Source: Octopus vulgaris
Taxonomy: Eukaryota
Assembly: GCA_951406725.2 (NCBI GenBank)
Contig: OX597816.1
Span: 75,764,001-75,828,000 of the forward strand
Reading direction: 5' to 3'
DNA: 64,000 bases
In this document: in pieces, positions 14,644 to 28,789 of the stretch
Layout of the letters: every line of letters begins with the position of its first letter
How positions within the stretch are numbered: the first letter of the stretch is position 1
Translations under genes and position numbers: made by a program
Notes under the pieces: model-generated
Database searches by the model: none
Told to the model about the DNA's origin: nothing
Seen by the model: only the letters and a program-made list of their open reading frames with translations

Positions 14644-15040
14644 GCAGTCTGTCCATAAAGTCAAGGTAGGATTTCAAAACTATTTATTGATGTAACTTGC
14701 AACACTTCACATTGCAATTTCATGTTGAATAAGAGACTAACTAATAAAGTTTATATGCTGTTTAGAGCAATTCGATGTGGTTTCAATTTGTTGCCCTACA
14801 GTCATTTAATCGAAACTCCTCTTCTTACCACACTCGAGAAAAAAAATAAATAAAGGTGTAACAGATTAAACAGCGCCACTCATGGTCTCTTTCAGGAGGT
14901 CAAACCGGCAACAGGAACACTTTAAACTCGTTGCTTGATATAGCTACGGAAGTAAAAATCTATCGTGGATACCATGCCTTTCACCCACAATTCTGTCGTA
15001 GTGTGGAGGAGACCCATCATGTTGAAAGATAGCACATGTA
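14644..15040 (-). mobile_element. Degenerate Tc1/mariner-superfamily transposase 3' fragment
   Basis: Minus-strand remnants read IFQHDGSPPHY and DFYFRSYIK, resembling the FQQDGAPPHY and DFFLWGYLK motifs. Confidence 0.55.
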
Positions 15041-15048
15041 CCTATATC

Positions 15049-15461
15049 TCATATTTGTGGCACCACACACACCGTCATTCTACAGACGTCCTCATCGAGC
15101 TCTACAGATCGTCCAGGACGAGGCTCGTCTTCTAGGCAGTAATTTCCAGCTCGGAATTGCTGGAACCACCATTGACACTGGCTTACGCTTATTGCCCGAT
15201 CGCCATATACTGCTTTAATATTCCTCGCACTTTCCGTTGCGTTGTTGCCTGTACGGAACTCATAAAGCAACATATGCCGAATGTGCTCCTTTGTCACTTC
15301 CATTATAGCTTTGATAAATAACTGTTAAAATCGAACCATACTCTTCAAAACTTAGAATAAGGACAAGAATAAGGACAAGTTGATTTAGGTAGTTTATCCC
15401 CCCCCCCTCCGACTTTTAGTTCATGCAGTTGAAAAACTGGATTATTTATGGGATGACCCAA
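15049..15461 (-). mobile_element. Mariner 5' fragment with left TIR
   Basis: ORF MEVTKEHIRHMLLYEFRTGNNATESARNIKAVYG...LEDEPRPGRS; TIR end ttatgggatgacccaa followed by TA. Confidence 0.85.
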
Positions 15462-15501
15462 TATATACACGTGGTTGGCTGAGAACTTCTACTTAAACGG
15501 T

Positions 15502-15555
<54 letters not shown>

Positions 15556-15589
15556 AAAAAGAAAGAGAGGGAGGGAGTGAGATCTGAGT

Positions 15590-15765
15590 TTCTTTCAGTT
15601 TTCGTCTACAAAAATCTACATTGGTAGATTGGCGGAAAGTACCGTAATCTTGGTCGGCTTTGGTCGACCCTGGGCTGTAGTAGAAGATATAAGCACAAGA
15701 TGCCACACAGTAGGGCTGAACACAATAACATATGCTTGGAAAGCAAGCTTTTTACCACTCAGCTA
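15590..15765 (-). mobile_element. SINE family B head
   Basis: The reverse complement begins gtagctgagtggtaaaaagcttgc (A-box) and has gttcagccc (B-box-like). Confidence 0.7.
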
Positions 15766-17299
15766 CGTATGCGTCTATTTGTGTGTGGTTACGTGTGTGT
15801 GTGTGTGTATGTGTGTGTATGCGTGCGTATGTGTGTGTGTGTGTGAGTGTGTGTACTTGTGTGTATAAATACATATAATGATTTTTATAAGGATCTTCAG
15901 AGTTTGGCCTCAGTATAACTGTTAGCACCAATTTAATCAAGGTGGAATGCAGGAGGCCATCCTATGTATTGACACAGGTAATACTGTACCTACAGAAAAT
16001 TCAACAGGAAATTTATTTGTATCCATAAGCACCTCAACCTTTTCATCTATATTGAGAAACCTAGACGCAAACCTCAGCATTTGAATCTCCTCTTCATCGG
16101 TGTACAGTGGTGTAATTGCAATTGGTCATACCCCATTAAATGAAGCTATAATTGAAAATCACTTTACTACTGAGGTTGAAGTATATAGGAAATCACCTAC
16201 CTCAACCCCACCTAAACTCAAAAAAATTGAAAAGGGATAGGTCATCAACTTCAGTCCTCCTTTCAGCATATCTACTGATGAAGCTAGGAGCTTTCTTTTC
16301 CTAATATTACAGCATACTCCAAGTATTATATGCACAAATATAAGCCCTTCAATGTCCATAACATCATCGTTAGCTAAACATGCTTAGATAATGGCGTTTC
16401 CAGCATCACACGCTGCAACAAAAACAAACGTGCATTTACACAGACACCATCTTATACTTCAAACCGTAACCTAAAAAATCCCTCCAACTTCTAATGGGAA
16501 GATCCTGCACCTCTAAATTTTGTCTCTGTAAAGTTATCCTCATGTCATCCGATGACATCATGAGAGAATATAGACATTACAGCCAATGATTTTCAAGGGA
16601 AAATATATGCAGCAAATGCACTCTTTTAAGGTACAGGTAAAACTCTATCTTCCTGACCCGCTTACTCTGGAAACTCAATGGATTAAGATCGTTCACGAGT
16701 ATCACATAGAGCATCCAGATTAGTTATCCGGAGGAAAGGTAGTTCCTTTGATGCTAATTTACAAATCCTCTAAGATTGGTTAGAGAGAACGAGGAAAGTA
16801 TCCTTAATCTGTAGATCTGATCCAAATGCTTACAATAAAGTTTCCTAATCCAAAAGCACCTAAAGTCATAGGTCATTGTGTTAAACCGAGCGACGGATAT
16901 TGTTTACTACCCATGTAGGCCATAGCGAGATTTAAATTTAGAACAGAAAAGTTCGGAACAAATACCACAATGCTTCCGATCTAACGTTACAGCCCTGCCA
17001 ATCCACCGTCATGAATCGGTACACTTTATCGATTCCGAAAGGATGAAAGGCAAAGTTAACGTGAGTGAGATTTTAACTCATAGCACAGTTTTTGCCATGG
17101 TAATCCTCCATATGTACTCCAACATCGTATTGACTGGGTATCCATGAAGAGCTCATCTTTACGCATCTGTTTTTCGTTTTTGCCATCTCTGGTTCACGAG
17201 AAACAGTATATGCAGTATCAATTAACACGAAAACTGATATAGCTTACTGATGTCACTAGAAATATACCTTCATATGAAGCTTTGAACCACGAGAAGACC

Positions 17300-18410
17300 G
17301 TCTTTGTTTTAGTTTACCTGTTCAAACTTGCAGGGTAAATACTTCCCTCTTACTTATAGTGTGAGCTATTTCGCTTCTGCGTATCACTATCGTGGCCTAC
17401 TAGTTCATCACTACAATTACACCATATGCACAACTGTTCAGGACACAAACCAATTGATAGGTTACCTGTCATCACTAAACCAGTTAATCCCCATCACAAC
17501 CGTCACTGAGCTCTAAAATCCTACATAACTTTAATCACCTGGTGCTACTGGACTGTCTCCTCTACAATCAGACAGAAACGCAAATAAAATTGTTTGAGAG
17601 CCTGAACTGACCAATGTGGTTACTCCCGAATATTCGGACTTGGAAGCCATCTCTAAATTCTCCTCATTGCGATTCCATACATCTGATGATGTGGCCGCTC
17701 AGCTGGCTTGCGAAATTTTGAGTAAAATATGGGTGAATCAACCAGTTATTCACTGAAATTTCCATACTAAACAAAACATTGAATCAGTTACCTGTATTGT
17801 AACTGGCATTCATGTCCAACTGTCATAATGTTAAAATTTCCTCTTCCAAGCTTTCCGTCAGCTTAAAAAAAATGACTTTAGCTTTAAAAAAATGACTCGT
17901 GGGAGTTCTGTACAAATGGAAAATACAACCTCTCCCGAACTTCCAGTTTCGCTTTCACACATTGACAATATTCACTACATAACATTATCTATAAATGACC
18001 ATTGAGTACTTATTTCTAGTTAGACGAACCAAGCATTGAAGCTCTTTCTCATAGAAAAAGCCAAAGGCAGCAAACGAACCGGCAACCCTTCAGCTGGTAG
18101 TTAAATTTCTTATAAGCTGAATTTCCTCCAACTTTACTTGAAGACAATAACAATGATTTGTTACGCAATTCAAATTAACTGAAGTTTAAAATAAATAACT
18201 TCAAACCTTGTTGTTTCATTCTTTGTTCACTGAACTGTCTCCGTTCATCTGAATACTTGTTAAAGCAACAATTCTTTATACTTCTAGTTCGATTTAACAT
18301 CAATCATGAGACGTAATCAACGTTTTACAGCAAACTACATGTCAGTTTTCACCAACTATTAACCCTCATCAAATCGAACAGAATATTAATCACTGCAATC
18401 GCCACTACCA
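17300..18410 (-). mobile_element. Possible very old LTR (Gypsy-like) gag/protease remnant
   Basis: Weak evidence only: PBS-like tggtagtggcga on the minus strand at ~18399-18410 and fragmentary gag/protease-like residues; no ORF. Confidence 0.25.
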
Positions 18411-19018
18411 GCTGTAATTCTTCTGCGCTATGATGGTTTTCATAAACGCTTCACTTCTGTCATCACGCCACATTACCAGCAAACAATGCTTAAAATCTGC
18501 TCAGGAAACAAAACGAGCTTATAAGGGAATTTTTATACGGTCGCTCAGTCAGCAAGAAACAGCAGTCAATCTTAAATAAAATCATATTGTTCTACTAAAG
18601 AATGATACATCGGACGGTGTAGTCTCTTAAAACATATAAGACGTGTTGGTTATGGTAGGAGCGACATTATTCATATGATTGGTTGATCAGAACTGATCCA
18701 GACCTAAATACCAACAACATCGAATTAGAAATTGCTAATCTCTTGATGTGACGAACCATTTTTGCACATCGCTTTTACTGATACCATAAAGATCAGTGGT
18801 ACGTATACTACCATCACAAATACGTTGTGTTTGTATCCTAAATATTTAACTCACAATAATTGACTTTACCTCTTATTAAGTAGGTACCTCCCTAATCGAT
18901 AGAACTATGAAATTCCTACATATTTTGTGAAAAAAAGGACTAAAATCCGAGGAAATTAGTCATGGTCTGCAACACTAAAAGCATTTTATTGGAACAATTA
19001 CCTTATTTGAAGGAAGTG

Positions 19019-19350
19019 AAAGGTGGTGAACTGGCAGAATTGGTAGCGCGCCGGGCAAGCTGCTTAGAGAATTTCTTTCGGCTCTTTACGTTTCGAGTTT
19101 AAATTCCACCGAGGGGTCGATAAAAAAAGAATTAGCTGAACATTGGGGTTGGTGTAATCAACTAATCCCATCCCTAAACTGTCTGACCTTGTGCCAAAAT
19201 TTCCAACGAATATTTTAAGGAAGTAAATTGGTCGAGGTGTTAGTACGTCAGATAGAATGTCCCGTGGTATTTGTTCTGACTCTCTATGCTCTGTGTTCAA
19301 ATCCACCGATGTCAACTTTGCTTTGCATCCGTTCAGGGCTAATAAAAATT
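19019..19350 (+). mobile_element. SINE family A dimer
   Basis: aaggtggtgaactggcagaa head, gagtttaaattcc B-box, followed by a second diverged copy. Confidence 0.75.
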
Positions 19351-20259
19351 ACCAATACAGAGCAGTGAAATAACGGAACTGCAACGTTGACACAAATAGC
19401 CTTTTGCATTTGATTCAATGTAACAGTTCCGTTCAAATCACATCATGGCCTACATGGGTGAGAAGATTTCCTCCATCACTTGGTTACAGACCACCACCTG
19501 GCACCTTGAGTGCTTTTAGATGAGTTTACTCCGTTGTAAGCATTCAGGTTAGGTGTACAGTTTGAGGATACCTTCCTCGCTCTTTTTACTATTCTTGGAG
19601 GTCCTACAAATTAGAGTCATGAGAACTACGTACCTTCCCCTTGGAACAAAAAGACAAAATATGTGTTTTAGAAACTGGGAAGTAGAAACGAGAAGTATTT
19701 TGTTAGCTATCGCTGCTGAGTTTAGCTCATTAATTCATATTGTTCGCAATATAAAAAAGTGAGAAATGTTATTACAATATGACATTTTTATTTCAGTTTT
19801 AAATACTTTCACATATTAACTTTTCGTGAATCGAAACTATTCTACAAATTTCTTCTAATGATTTTTTTCACAGAAAGTGTTTAGATTTTTTTTATTAGTT
19901 AAATTGTAATAAATTGCAGAATAAAATTTAAATTTTATGCACCAATTGGTTGACTTCTTTTTAACTAGTAGAAAGTAACAGAAAACAACTCTAACGTAAT
20001 TTTCCCTTTGTACCGCTGCATTGGTACCTGGTCTTCACTGATTACAAAACAAATTCCACTGCATTATTATTATTATTTCTTTTACATAAGCAGAAAACAT
20101 TTGCTTGTGTTTTCTCTTTAACTTCAGGACATTATATTCCATTCTTCTGGAATATTTAGGTAAACAAACTGCAGATACGAAAGCAAAAACAGTAGTTAAG
20201 GAGGAGAGTACGAGAAACATATATTGATAGATGTATTTACATACAATAACAACCAGAAA

Positions 20260-20465
<206 letters not shown>

Positions 20466-21371
20466 AACAACCGCAATAGAAGCAGTAGCAACAGCAGCAA
20501 CAACAATGATAATAGAAAAAACGATAACCGCTATTAAAATAAAATAAAATATACCTTCAATGCATCGTTAATTATGTTTCATGCTATGTAAAAAAATGGA
20601 GAGAAAAGTGAAAAAGATTATCGTAAAAAAAAAAGAAAAATCTTAGCATATTTTTTGTTTAGCCACCTCCTAGAATGCTGTTTGAAGATTTCTCTTTACT
20701 GTAGTAGTAATGTCATTAGAGAGAAATGCTTGATTGAAATATTGATTATTCTTGACTTTGGCATTTCTTGTGAAAATGAAACACCCGGCAATTTCAATGA
20801 AGTGGTTTGCTATCATCTGCCATTTGATATCAACATCCTGCGTATATTTCACTTCTGAAAGTTCTTGCACACCGCATGTGCTAAAATGCTGACATACATA
20901 CATACACACATACATACATACATACATACATACATACATACATACATACATACATACATACATACATACATACATACCTACGTACGTACGTACATACATA
21001 CATACGTACGTACATACATACGTACGTACGTACATACATACATACATACATACATAATACATACATACATATATACATACATACGTACGTATGTACATAC
21101 AGACATACAGGCATACATACATGCATGCATGCATGCATGCATGCATGCATACATAGATACATACATATCTTTGCACGTACATGTGTTCGTACGTTAATAC
21201 GCACATTCATACATAATAATATAAGTAAGTACGTACATACAATACGTACATACATACATCTATGTAGATCGATATATTAGATATATACACATACATAATT
21301 GGATACTTGCTAGCTATATAGATAAAATGCTATCTAATAATTTTTCTATCCAGATGAAGAAGAAGGAGAAA

Positions 21372-21459
<88 letters not shown>

Positions 21460-23789
21460 GAAAGTAAATTACTTAAAAGAAGTCAATTTTTTTTTACAGC
21501 CAGAATATGCATATATATATATATATAACTCGAAATACAACGAAATAAAGAGAAAAAAAGTTTCCTTGTTACCTTTTGATGAGAAAGCATTTACCGAAAG
21601 ATCAATTTGTTTCTTACATATTAAAATACATGTGTTAAATACATTTACGTAAACAACCTGTTAGTAATAGTTCCTGTGAAGTAAAGAAGCGTGCCGCTGC
21701 AAATAGGAAATTTCACAAGTAGCTTTAAGGCATTGTCAATGAGAAAAGAGATCATTATAGTATGACCGTAAATACATATAAATTACACTACGTAGTCACA
21801 TGTCAAGAATATATTTGGTTTCAGTTGGCAGACATTGACTGAGTTTCTAATTTCATTTAAGTTACATAGCAATTTCTTCGTCTAACGCTATAAGGTCACA
21901 TCGCTACAAACGTACACACTCGCATACACATATATGCACACATACTCGCATAATATATACACATATGCACACACACATGCGCACACACACTCACTCACAT
22001 ACACTCACTCTCTCTCTCACACACACACACACACACGCTCTCTCACACACATACTCTCTGACTCGTTCCATTTTATCACTCCAACTAATATGTGCTCCGT
22101 TATGTTAATTAAAACCGATAATTCACTTACAATCGCTACAACACCGGTGTTTACAATTAACGAAGATATTCTTATATAAAATTAAATGCATTGCCCTTCT
22201 TTCACTCAATTAAAATGGAATCCACAAATAAGCTGCTATTCTGTATATGAGAGGATAGCTTCACAATGAAACTATACATTTATCTAAAAACGAGACGCAT
22301 AGTTAAATCCAGAGAAAATAACACTAACAAAAGTGGTTTTCTGTCTTTCACTTTCGATTGCTTATTTCTCATCAATGGTCGCAGGTCATAATCAAACTGA
22401 CGTGCTTCTCAGACCAAGATTCATAAAGGTGTAATTTGATAGGTGAATTGGGATGAAATCCAAAGACAAAGTATTTTTTATGTTTTGTATTCATTCCCTG
22501 CTACCATCCTGCTTTCCAATGATGGTGGCATTTCCGTCCATTTCAGGACTTCAGGATTTCATCGAGACTCTGGTCGGCTAGCTAACGGGTGCTATGTCTT
22601 GCCAAAAGGTAACCTGTGATTTTGTCCGGGACTGCTTATTGAGTATTTACAGCTAAACTATACATCTACTACATATCTACAAGCCATTCCCCTAACCGCA
22701 ATCTGGGGACCCTATGGATAGGAGTTTTCATCACTACACCATAAAGTGTCTTTACGAACCTTTTATACCAGCAAATACAATCTCAACTAGACCTTTTATC
22801 ATGCTACAGCATGAAGTGTAACGCCTAATGTAACATCAACCCTTATTATTGCTATACTGGGCAGCCCTCTCAAAACAAATAAACAAAAACAAAAAAAAAC
22901 AATAAACCTAGAAGATACGCATATGACAAATATAACAATATCTAGTCGTGCAATCAAATATATATAGGAATGTAAAGTAGTTATGTTTAGACATGATAAA
23001 TCAAGTAAAAATAATTAAGAGTCCATAAGAAGCTAACCCCCCATGAGTACATCCCAAACTCAAATTTATTTTTCTCCAATGACACCGTGAAATTACGTTA
23101 TTCTTTTTAGAATGTGGAAAATATTCCACCAGCATTTCAAGTTTATAATAATCAATTTTGAGATCGGTACTATCTGCCCGTTAATAAAGTCTGCCCTCTA
23201 TAAAATCGAATTCATTGTGCATAACTACATTGCGACATTTGTTATGCCTTACCTTAACCGAATGTGCTATCTTCAACATTATTCTGTAATAAATTAAGGA
23301 AGAAAAGAAGTCCATAACCTAGAAGTAACACGTGGATGAAACCCCCACCCCAAGAAATACCAACACTGCGATATTCAGATATGTCTTGGTCAACAATATT
23401 TCCCTGCTTGAGTCGGTTCTGGTGTTCTAAAATATGGCTTAAAAGACAATTTACTTTTAACAGGAAAAACATATATAAAACAATTAATTTCTGAAGAGCT
23501 GAACACCCTGTCCTGGGTTACGCGTCCCTTCCCCAATAAATTGCTGATTCTTCAATCTGTCATACGAAAACTAGGTGGCCAGGTGGTTTATATACAGCAG
23601 AGACAATATACCACTCTCTCCTTTTATCCTTTTTCTCAGTGAGACTGTTCACCCTACTTCGTAACCTTGTCCCTATTCCTATCCACTTGGAAATCCGAAC
23701 CAAATCAAACTCTTCCAGCAACCAACAACTCTGTCCAAGCGCTAGAATAGTCCAGTGATGTGTGCCATCATCATATATTCATTAGAATG

Positions 23790-23928
23790 GAACGGACAGA
23801 CTTTATTCTATCGGCCCTAAAAGATGAAAGGCAAAGTTGACTCTGGCGGAATTTTAACTAAGAACGTAAGAAGTCAGAAAAAATACCGCGAAGCATTTTG
23901 GCCGAGGCCTTAACAATTCTGCCAGTTC
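23790..23928 (-). mobile_element. SINE family A partial copy
   Basis: gatgaaaggcaaagttgactctggcggaatttt ... aattctgccagtt. Confidence 0.7.
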
Positions 23929-23954
23929 ATAATAATAATAATAATAATAATAAT

Positions 23955-24163
23955 AATGCCCTGATGCAGTACCAATGCCCTGATGCAGTACCAATGCCCT
24001 GATGCAGTACCAATGCCCTGATGCAGTACCAATGCCCTGATGCAGTATAAATGTCCTGATGCAGTACCAATGCCCTGATGCAGTACCAATGCCCTGATGC
24101 AGTACCAATGCCCTGATGCAGTACCAATGCCCTGATGCAGTATAAATGCCCTGATGCAGTACC
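23955..24163 (+). repeat. 19-bp tandem repeat x11 (aatgccctgatgcagtacc)
   Basis: Eleven contiguous units; units 5 and 10 end in -tata, giving a 95-bp higher-order period. Confidence 0.95.
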
Positions 24164-24701
24164 AGGCAGTGGCTCTCATGGCTTCTAATCTTAACTGATT
24201 GGAAGTGTTATCATGTACATTGTTTTGTCTTGGAATAAAAGATGGGCTACAGCAAATATTCTGCTCAATACCACAGATTTGCTTGCCAGTTGTTTAACCT
24301 TAACCAGTTGAGCATGTCCCTTAGTGGCTGACAATATGTGCATCTCTGATCACGAGCAGAAGTAGTGGGGGAGCATCATAGCCATGTGTTGAGAGGGATT
24401 CTTTGGGGTTTGAATAATTCACCTCTGGAAACATGGGTGGTTCTTTCAACATCCTTAAACAACCCTTATTCAAGGACCTTTTGAGCGGGATGGGCTACTC
24501 AACCTGAAGAAAATTCTAACTGGGCCCCACCTGCAAGGTCAAGTGCTGTTTATCTTGATATGAGATCACCATGTCGCGCACATATGGTTGTGATGCATGT
24601 GCCTAGTGTACCGTTATCAGACGGGTAGTCATGATGGGTATATTGGGCTTCGTATATTTTACCCCAGTGTCACTTTGATGGCATGAACTGCTCTCTCACT
24701 C
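24148..24701 (+). mobile_element. Non-coding interspersed element flanked by (AAT)n
   Basis: (AAT)n on both sides. The 3' half recurs at 27716-27965, again followed by (AAT)n. No ORF. Confidence 0.8.
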
Positions 24702-24732
24702 AATAATAATAATAATAATAATAAGGATAATA

Positions 24733-26352
24733 AGGAAAAGAGGGAAGAAAGCAGCCTGCAGAAGATTGCAGTTACCATCAGGAGGGACCATGAGTGAACC
24801 TGACGGTAGTGGGTATAGATATTTAGGGATTTTGGAGCTGAGTGACATTCTACACAGAAAAATAAAAGTCAAGGTCAGCAAGGTGCATAAAAAAAGGGTA
24901 AAGATGGTGTTGAAATCCAACCTGAATGCCAGAAAATTGATTACTGCAATGAATATCTGGGTAAGTTGCAGTGGTCAGATATAATGCGTGCATCTTCCAA
25001 TGGACTAAGGGGGAAACATCAACAAGGATGAGAAAGTTGATGACTCTGCATGGTGCGCTACACCCTAGAGCAAACGTAAAACATACTGTATATGAAAAGA
25101 CAGAATGGTGGCAGAGGACTAATTAGTATAGACCATTCCATAAAGAGTGAATGCCAAAAATTTGATTACCTCAATGAATATCTGGGCAGTTGCGGTGGTC
25201 AGATATAGTACGTCCATCCTTAAATGGAAATATCAACACTGAAATATCAACACTGGATAGAAGGAAGAGAAAGTTGATGCTGCTGCATGGGGCAAACGTA
25301 AACTGACTGCATATGAAAAGACAGAATGGTGGCAAAGGACTAATTAGTATAGACCACTATATTAGAAGTGAAAGGAGAACGCTTGCCGAGTATTTGATAA
25401 ATAGTGATGAAGACCTGCTGCAATATACCGCGAAAGATATGGGTGTAAATGCAGAAATGATGGACAAAGAAGAGTTTAACCAACCAAGAAGATGAGGAGA
25501 AGAGAAAAGAAGACCTTGAAATGAGAATGCGTGGACAGTTTGAAAGCAATATACAAGAAGTTAAGGATAATACAGCATCGTAGGCATGGTTTGAGCGAGA
25601 TGATTTGAAGCATACCACCGAAAGCCTGATTATTGCTGCACAAAACCAGGCTCTCGCTACCAAGTAGTGAAGTAAAACATCTATAAAATTTCTGACACCC
25701 AGAAATGCAGACTCTGTGGAAAGAGTGTGGAAAATGTGACCCACTTGGAAAGTGGATGTGATAGCCTTGCCCAAAAATAATACAAGCGCCGCCACGATAA
25801 AGTGTGTGTATATCTTCATTGGCTCTTATGCCGCAAATACCAATATGAAGTTACAGAAAACTGGTATGAGCATGTAGCATGTAAAGTTATGCAAGAGGAT
25901 AGAAAAGTAACGATACTCTGGGACTATGATTTTCAGACGGATCGTGTAATCGAAAGCCGTCGGCCGAGTATTGTCATATTGAATAAGAGAGACAAATACT
26001 TTCAAATCATTGATGTAACTATACCAAAGAACATGAATGTTGTAAGTAAAGAGGTTGAAAACAAATAGCAAGTACTCCGAAATGAAAGTTGAAATGGCAA
26101 GACTGTATGAAATGCGAGAGGGTAATGTAAAAGTGATACCATGGTGATCGGAGCGTTGGGTGCAATCCCATTGAAACTTCAAGACTTCTTAAGGCAACTT
26201 CAAATCCCATACAAGATTGATGTCTTTCAAAAAGCAACCTTATTGGGCACAGCGCACATCTTAAGGAAAGTATTATCTATCTGAGGTCCTTGTTGTGACT
26301 TGACGGATGAATAAAGACTCCAGTGCTTTTTACCTACAATGTGTTACGAAGG
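24733..26352 (+). mobile_element. R4/Dong-like non-LTR retrotransposon, 5'-truncated and degenerate
   Basis: Fragments GYRYLGILE, LHPRA, GGKGLIS, AAQNQAL, CRLCGKSVENVTHLESGC, YKRRHD, ILWDYDFQTDR..RRPSIV..IIDV (CCHC plus restriction-like endonuclease) and LGTAHILRKVL. Internal duplication ~24940-25150 versus 25165-25370. Confidence 0.85.
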
Positions 26353-26382
26353 AATAATGATAAATAATAGTTTCCTTTCATT

Positions 26383-26722
26383 ATAATTTTATTTCAGCTG
26401 CGTTAGTACCGGACATCCTCCGCAGGCCAAGAGTAGCAAGGACACTTTTGTTTTGTTATGCATGCTAAAATTATCACCACATTTATTCCACTTTAGATGG
26501 AGAGTGCTTTCCATAGTATATGGGCTGTAGCCATCAAGGTTATCTTTTGTAGTTCACGGAGACTGGAGTTACTAGGGAGTTGCTTAATATACTTTCAGCT
26601 CCCTTCTTTATCATTCCCAACCCACCAATTACTACTGGTATTATCGTAGTTTTAAGCTTCCACACTTCCACACTTTTGTGATTTCAATATGCAGATCTTT
26701 ATAGCGTGAAAGCTTTTCATAT
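26383..26722 (-). mobile_element. R4/Dong-like 3' fragment (second subfamily)
   Basis: Minus strand reads EKLSRYKDLHIEI..WKLKTTIIPVVIGGLGMIKKG..ATAHILWKAL; abuts (TAT)n at 26725. Confidence 0.8.
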
Positions 26723-26744
26723 TCATTATTACTATTATTATTAT

Positions 26745-27478
26745 TTTTTTTTCTTCTTTCAAATTTGCTTCCATTTCTTGCCGAGTGTCTTCCCGACTCC
26801 TAGGGCAAAGAAACTCATAGTATACATTGGTAGGCCATTAAACCAAACTCAGTAGTTCGTTCATTTAAAAAAAATTTTTTTTTTAAAGTTAAATTAAAAT
26901 ACATGAGCAGCAACAGTTCTCACATCGACAATGCTCTTCTCAATACGTGTGATGTACCAGTTAAGACAATCTTTTGCACTTCTTGCAGGGATGGTAAGCC
27001 AGGGATCATTCTCATATAATTTTCGGTTCCCATTTGATCATTCTTAGTGCTCCTACGATCACTGGTATTGTAACCGTCTTGAGATGCCACATTTTCTCAA
27101 TTTCAATGAGTAGGTCTTTATATTTTCTGAGCTTGTCAAACTCTTTCGCTGAGATATTATGATCACAGGGGATGCTCATGTCGATCAATAAGCAAACTTT
27201 ATTGTTTTGGTCTTTCACAACAATATCTGGTTTATTGGCCTTGATGGTTCGGTCTGTATGTACTGGAAAGTCCCACAGAATGGTTACATTTTCTCCTTCA
27301 GTTACAGCCTCAGGGTGGTGATTATACCACTTGTCGGCAGTTTTGATATTGTAATGCCGACTTATTAGCCAGTGGAGATATTGGCCAACTCTGTCATGTC
27401 TTAATTTATACTCCACTGGTGCTAAGACTTTACATCCAGAGATTAGATGGTCCACTGTTTCAATCATGTCGTTGCAGA
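26745..27478 (-). mobile_element. R4/Dong-like 3' fragment (third subfamily)
   Basis: ORF 27012-27467: ETVDHLISGC..YKLRHD..ILWDFPVHTDRTIKANKPDIVV..LIDMSIP..KYKDL; (TAT)n on both sides. Confidence 0.9.
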
Positions 27479-27556
<78 letters not shown>

Positions 27557-27715
27557 TTATCCCAGTTTATGAGAGACAGGAGTTTCCGAAGAAATACTGG
27601 TTGTAACAGCGAAAATGAAGCTGGACCATTAAGGGAAGGCCTCTCGCTCGGTTCAGTAGCGGTTCTGTGAAGATGCAGCCTGAACACAGCTGTTATTGTT
27701 GATGTTGTTGTTGAT

Positions 27716-27965
27716 TAACATCCTTAAACAACCCTTATTCAAGGACCTTTTGAGTGAGATGGGCTATTCGACCTGAAAAAATTCTAACTGGGTCCGACCT
27801 GCAAGGTCATTTGCTGTTTATCTTCATATAAGATCACCATGTCGCGCACATATGGTTGTAATGCATGCACCTGGTGTACCCTTATCAGACGGGTAGTCAT
27901 GATGGGTATACTGGGCTGTGCATACTTTGTCACTTTGACGGCATGCACTGCTCTCTTTTTTTCAT
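27716..27965 (+). mobile_element. 5'-truncated copy of the (AAT)n-flanked non-coding element
   Basis: Colinear with 24448-24700; followed by AAT repeats. Confidence 0.85.
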
Positions 27966-27983
27966 TAATTAATAATAAAAATA

Positions 27984-28042
<59 letters not shown>

Positions 28043-28789
28043 TATAATAATAATGTATTCATTGATATTTTTATTTAAGAGGTTAAGGTTCAAAACCTCT
28101 TAATGGGGAAAACAAATCTTATTAAATCTTCTTTCGCTTTACTTTCCATAGTTTGTGTCAATAAGCTGAGAAGGAAAATATATTTGCTTTTTAAGATTTG
28201 ACATATTAATGAAAGAAATATTAATACGGAATAATTTATTATTCATCAAGAGTAAAACGATTAGATCTTGATGAAATATGACGTAAAAATGCATTTGAGA
28301 AATTATTACTTGTAGATTTAATTTAAAGAGTTTAGACTTCATTTTTGACATAATCCTATTGTGAAAGCAATTAAGAAAAGCTTTGTTGGAGAAGTTTTAA
28401 GTTACGCTGGGAATTTAAAAATAATTATTATTTCTGATTAGGTAATAATCGATTGGATTATTGCTCCGGTGTATCGCCGATGTATAACTGTGTCTAAGAA
28501 AACTGAAGGGCTTTTAAACGACGACACTTAATATAGTGCTAACTATGTTAAGATTACCTTCTTGCATGAAACTTCAGTCTTCTTCAGGTAACGTTGCCGT
28601 ATCATTTGTTTACTTTTCTCATCACTTAGATTCGTAGAATGAAGAAAACAGTCTTAATTTCCCTACATCTTTCTAATTGCATGCAATATATTTGAATTCA
28701 AATATTATGGATATTATATACTCGGTCATTTTCCTTTACTTATAATATATTACATATATAAAAATGTCGACCATTTTCCTCTGTAAACA

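Noticed and set aside
23955-24163. Regular short repeat array as a possible CRISPR
   Set aside because: The units are contiguous with no spacers, there are no cas genes, and the context is eukaryotic.
24148-24260. HDV-like ribozyme at the 5' end of the (AAT)n element
   Set aside because: I could not assemble the P1/P2/P3 pseudoknot by eye on this sequence.
28550-28595. ctgaaga on the minus strand as a hammerhead
   Set aside because: No properly placed GAAA or stem III.
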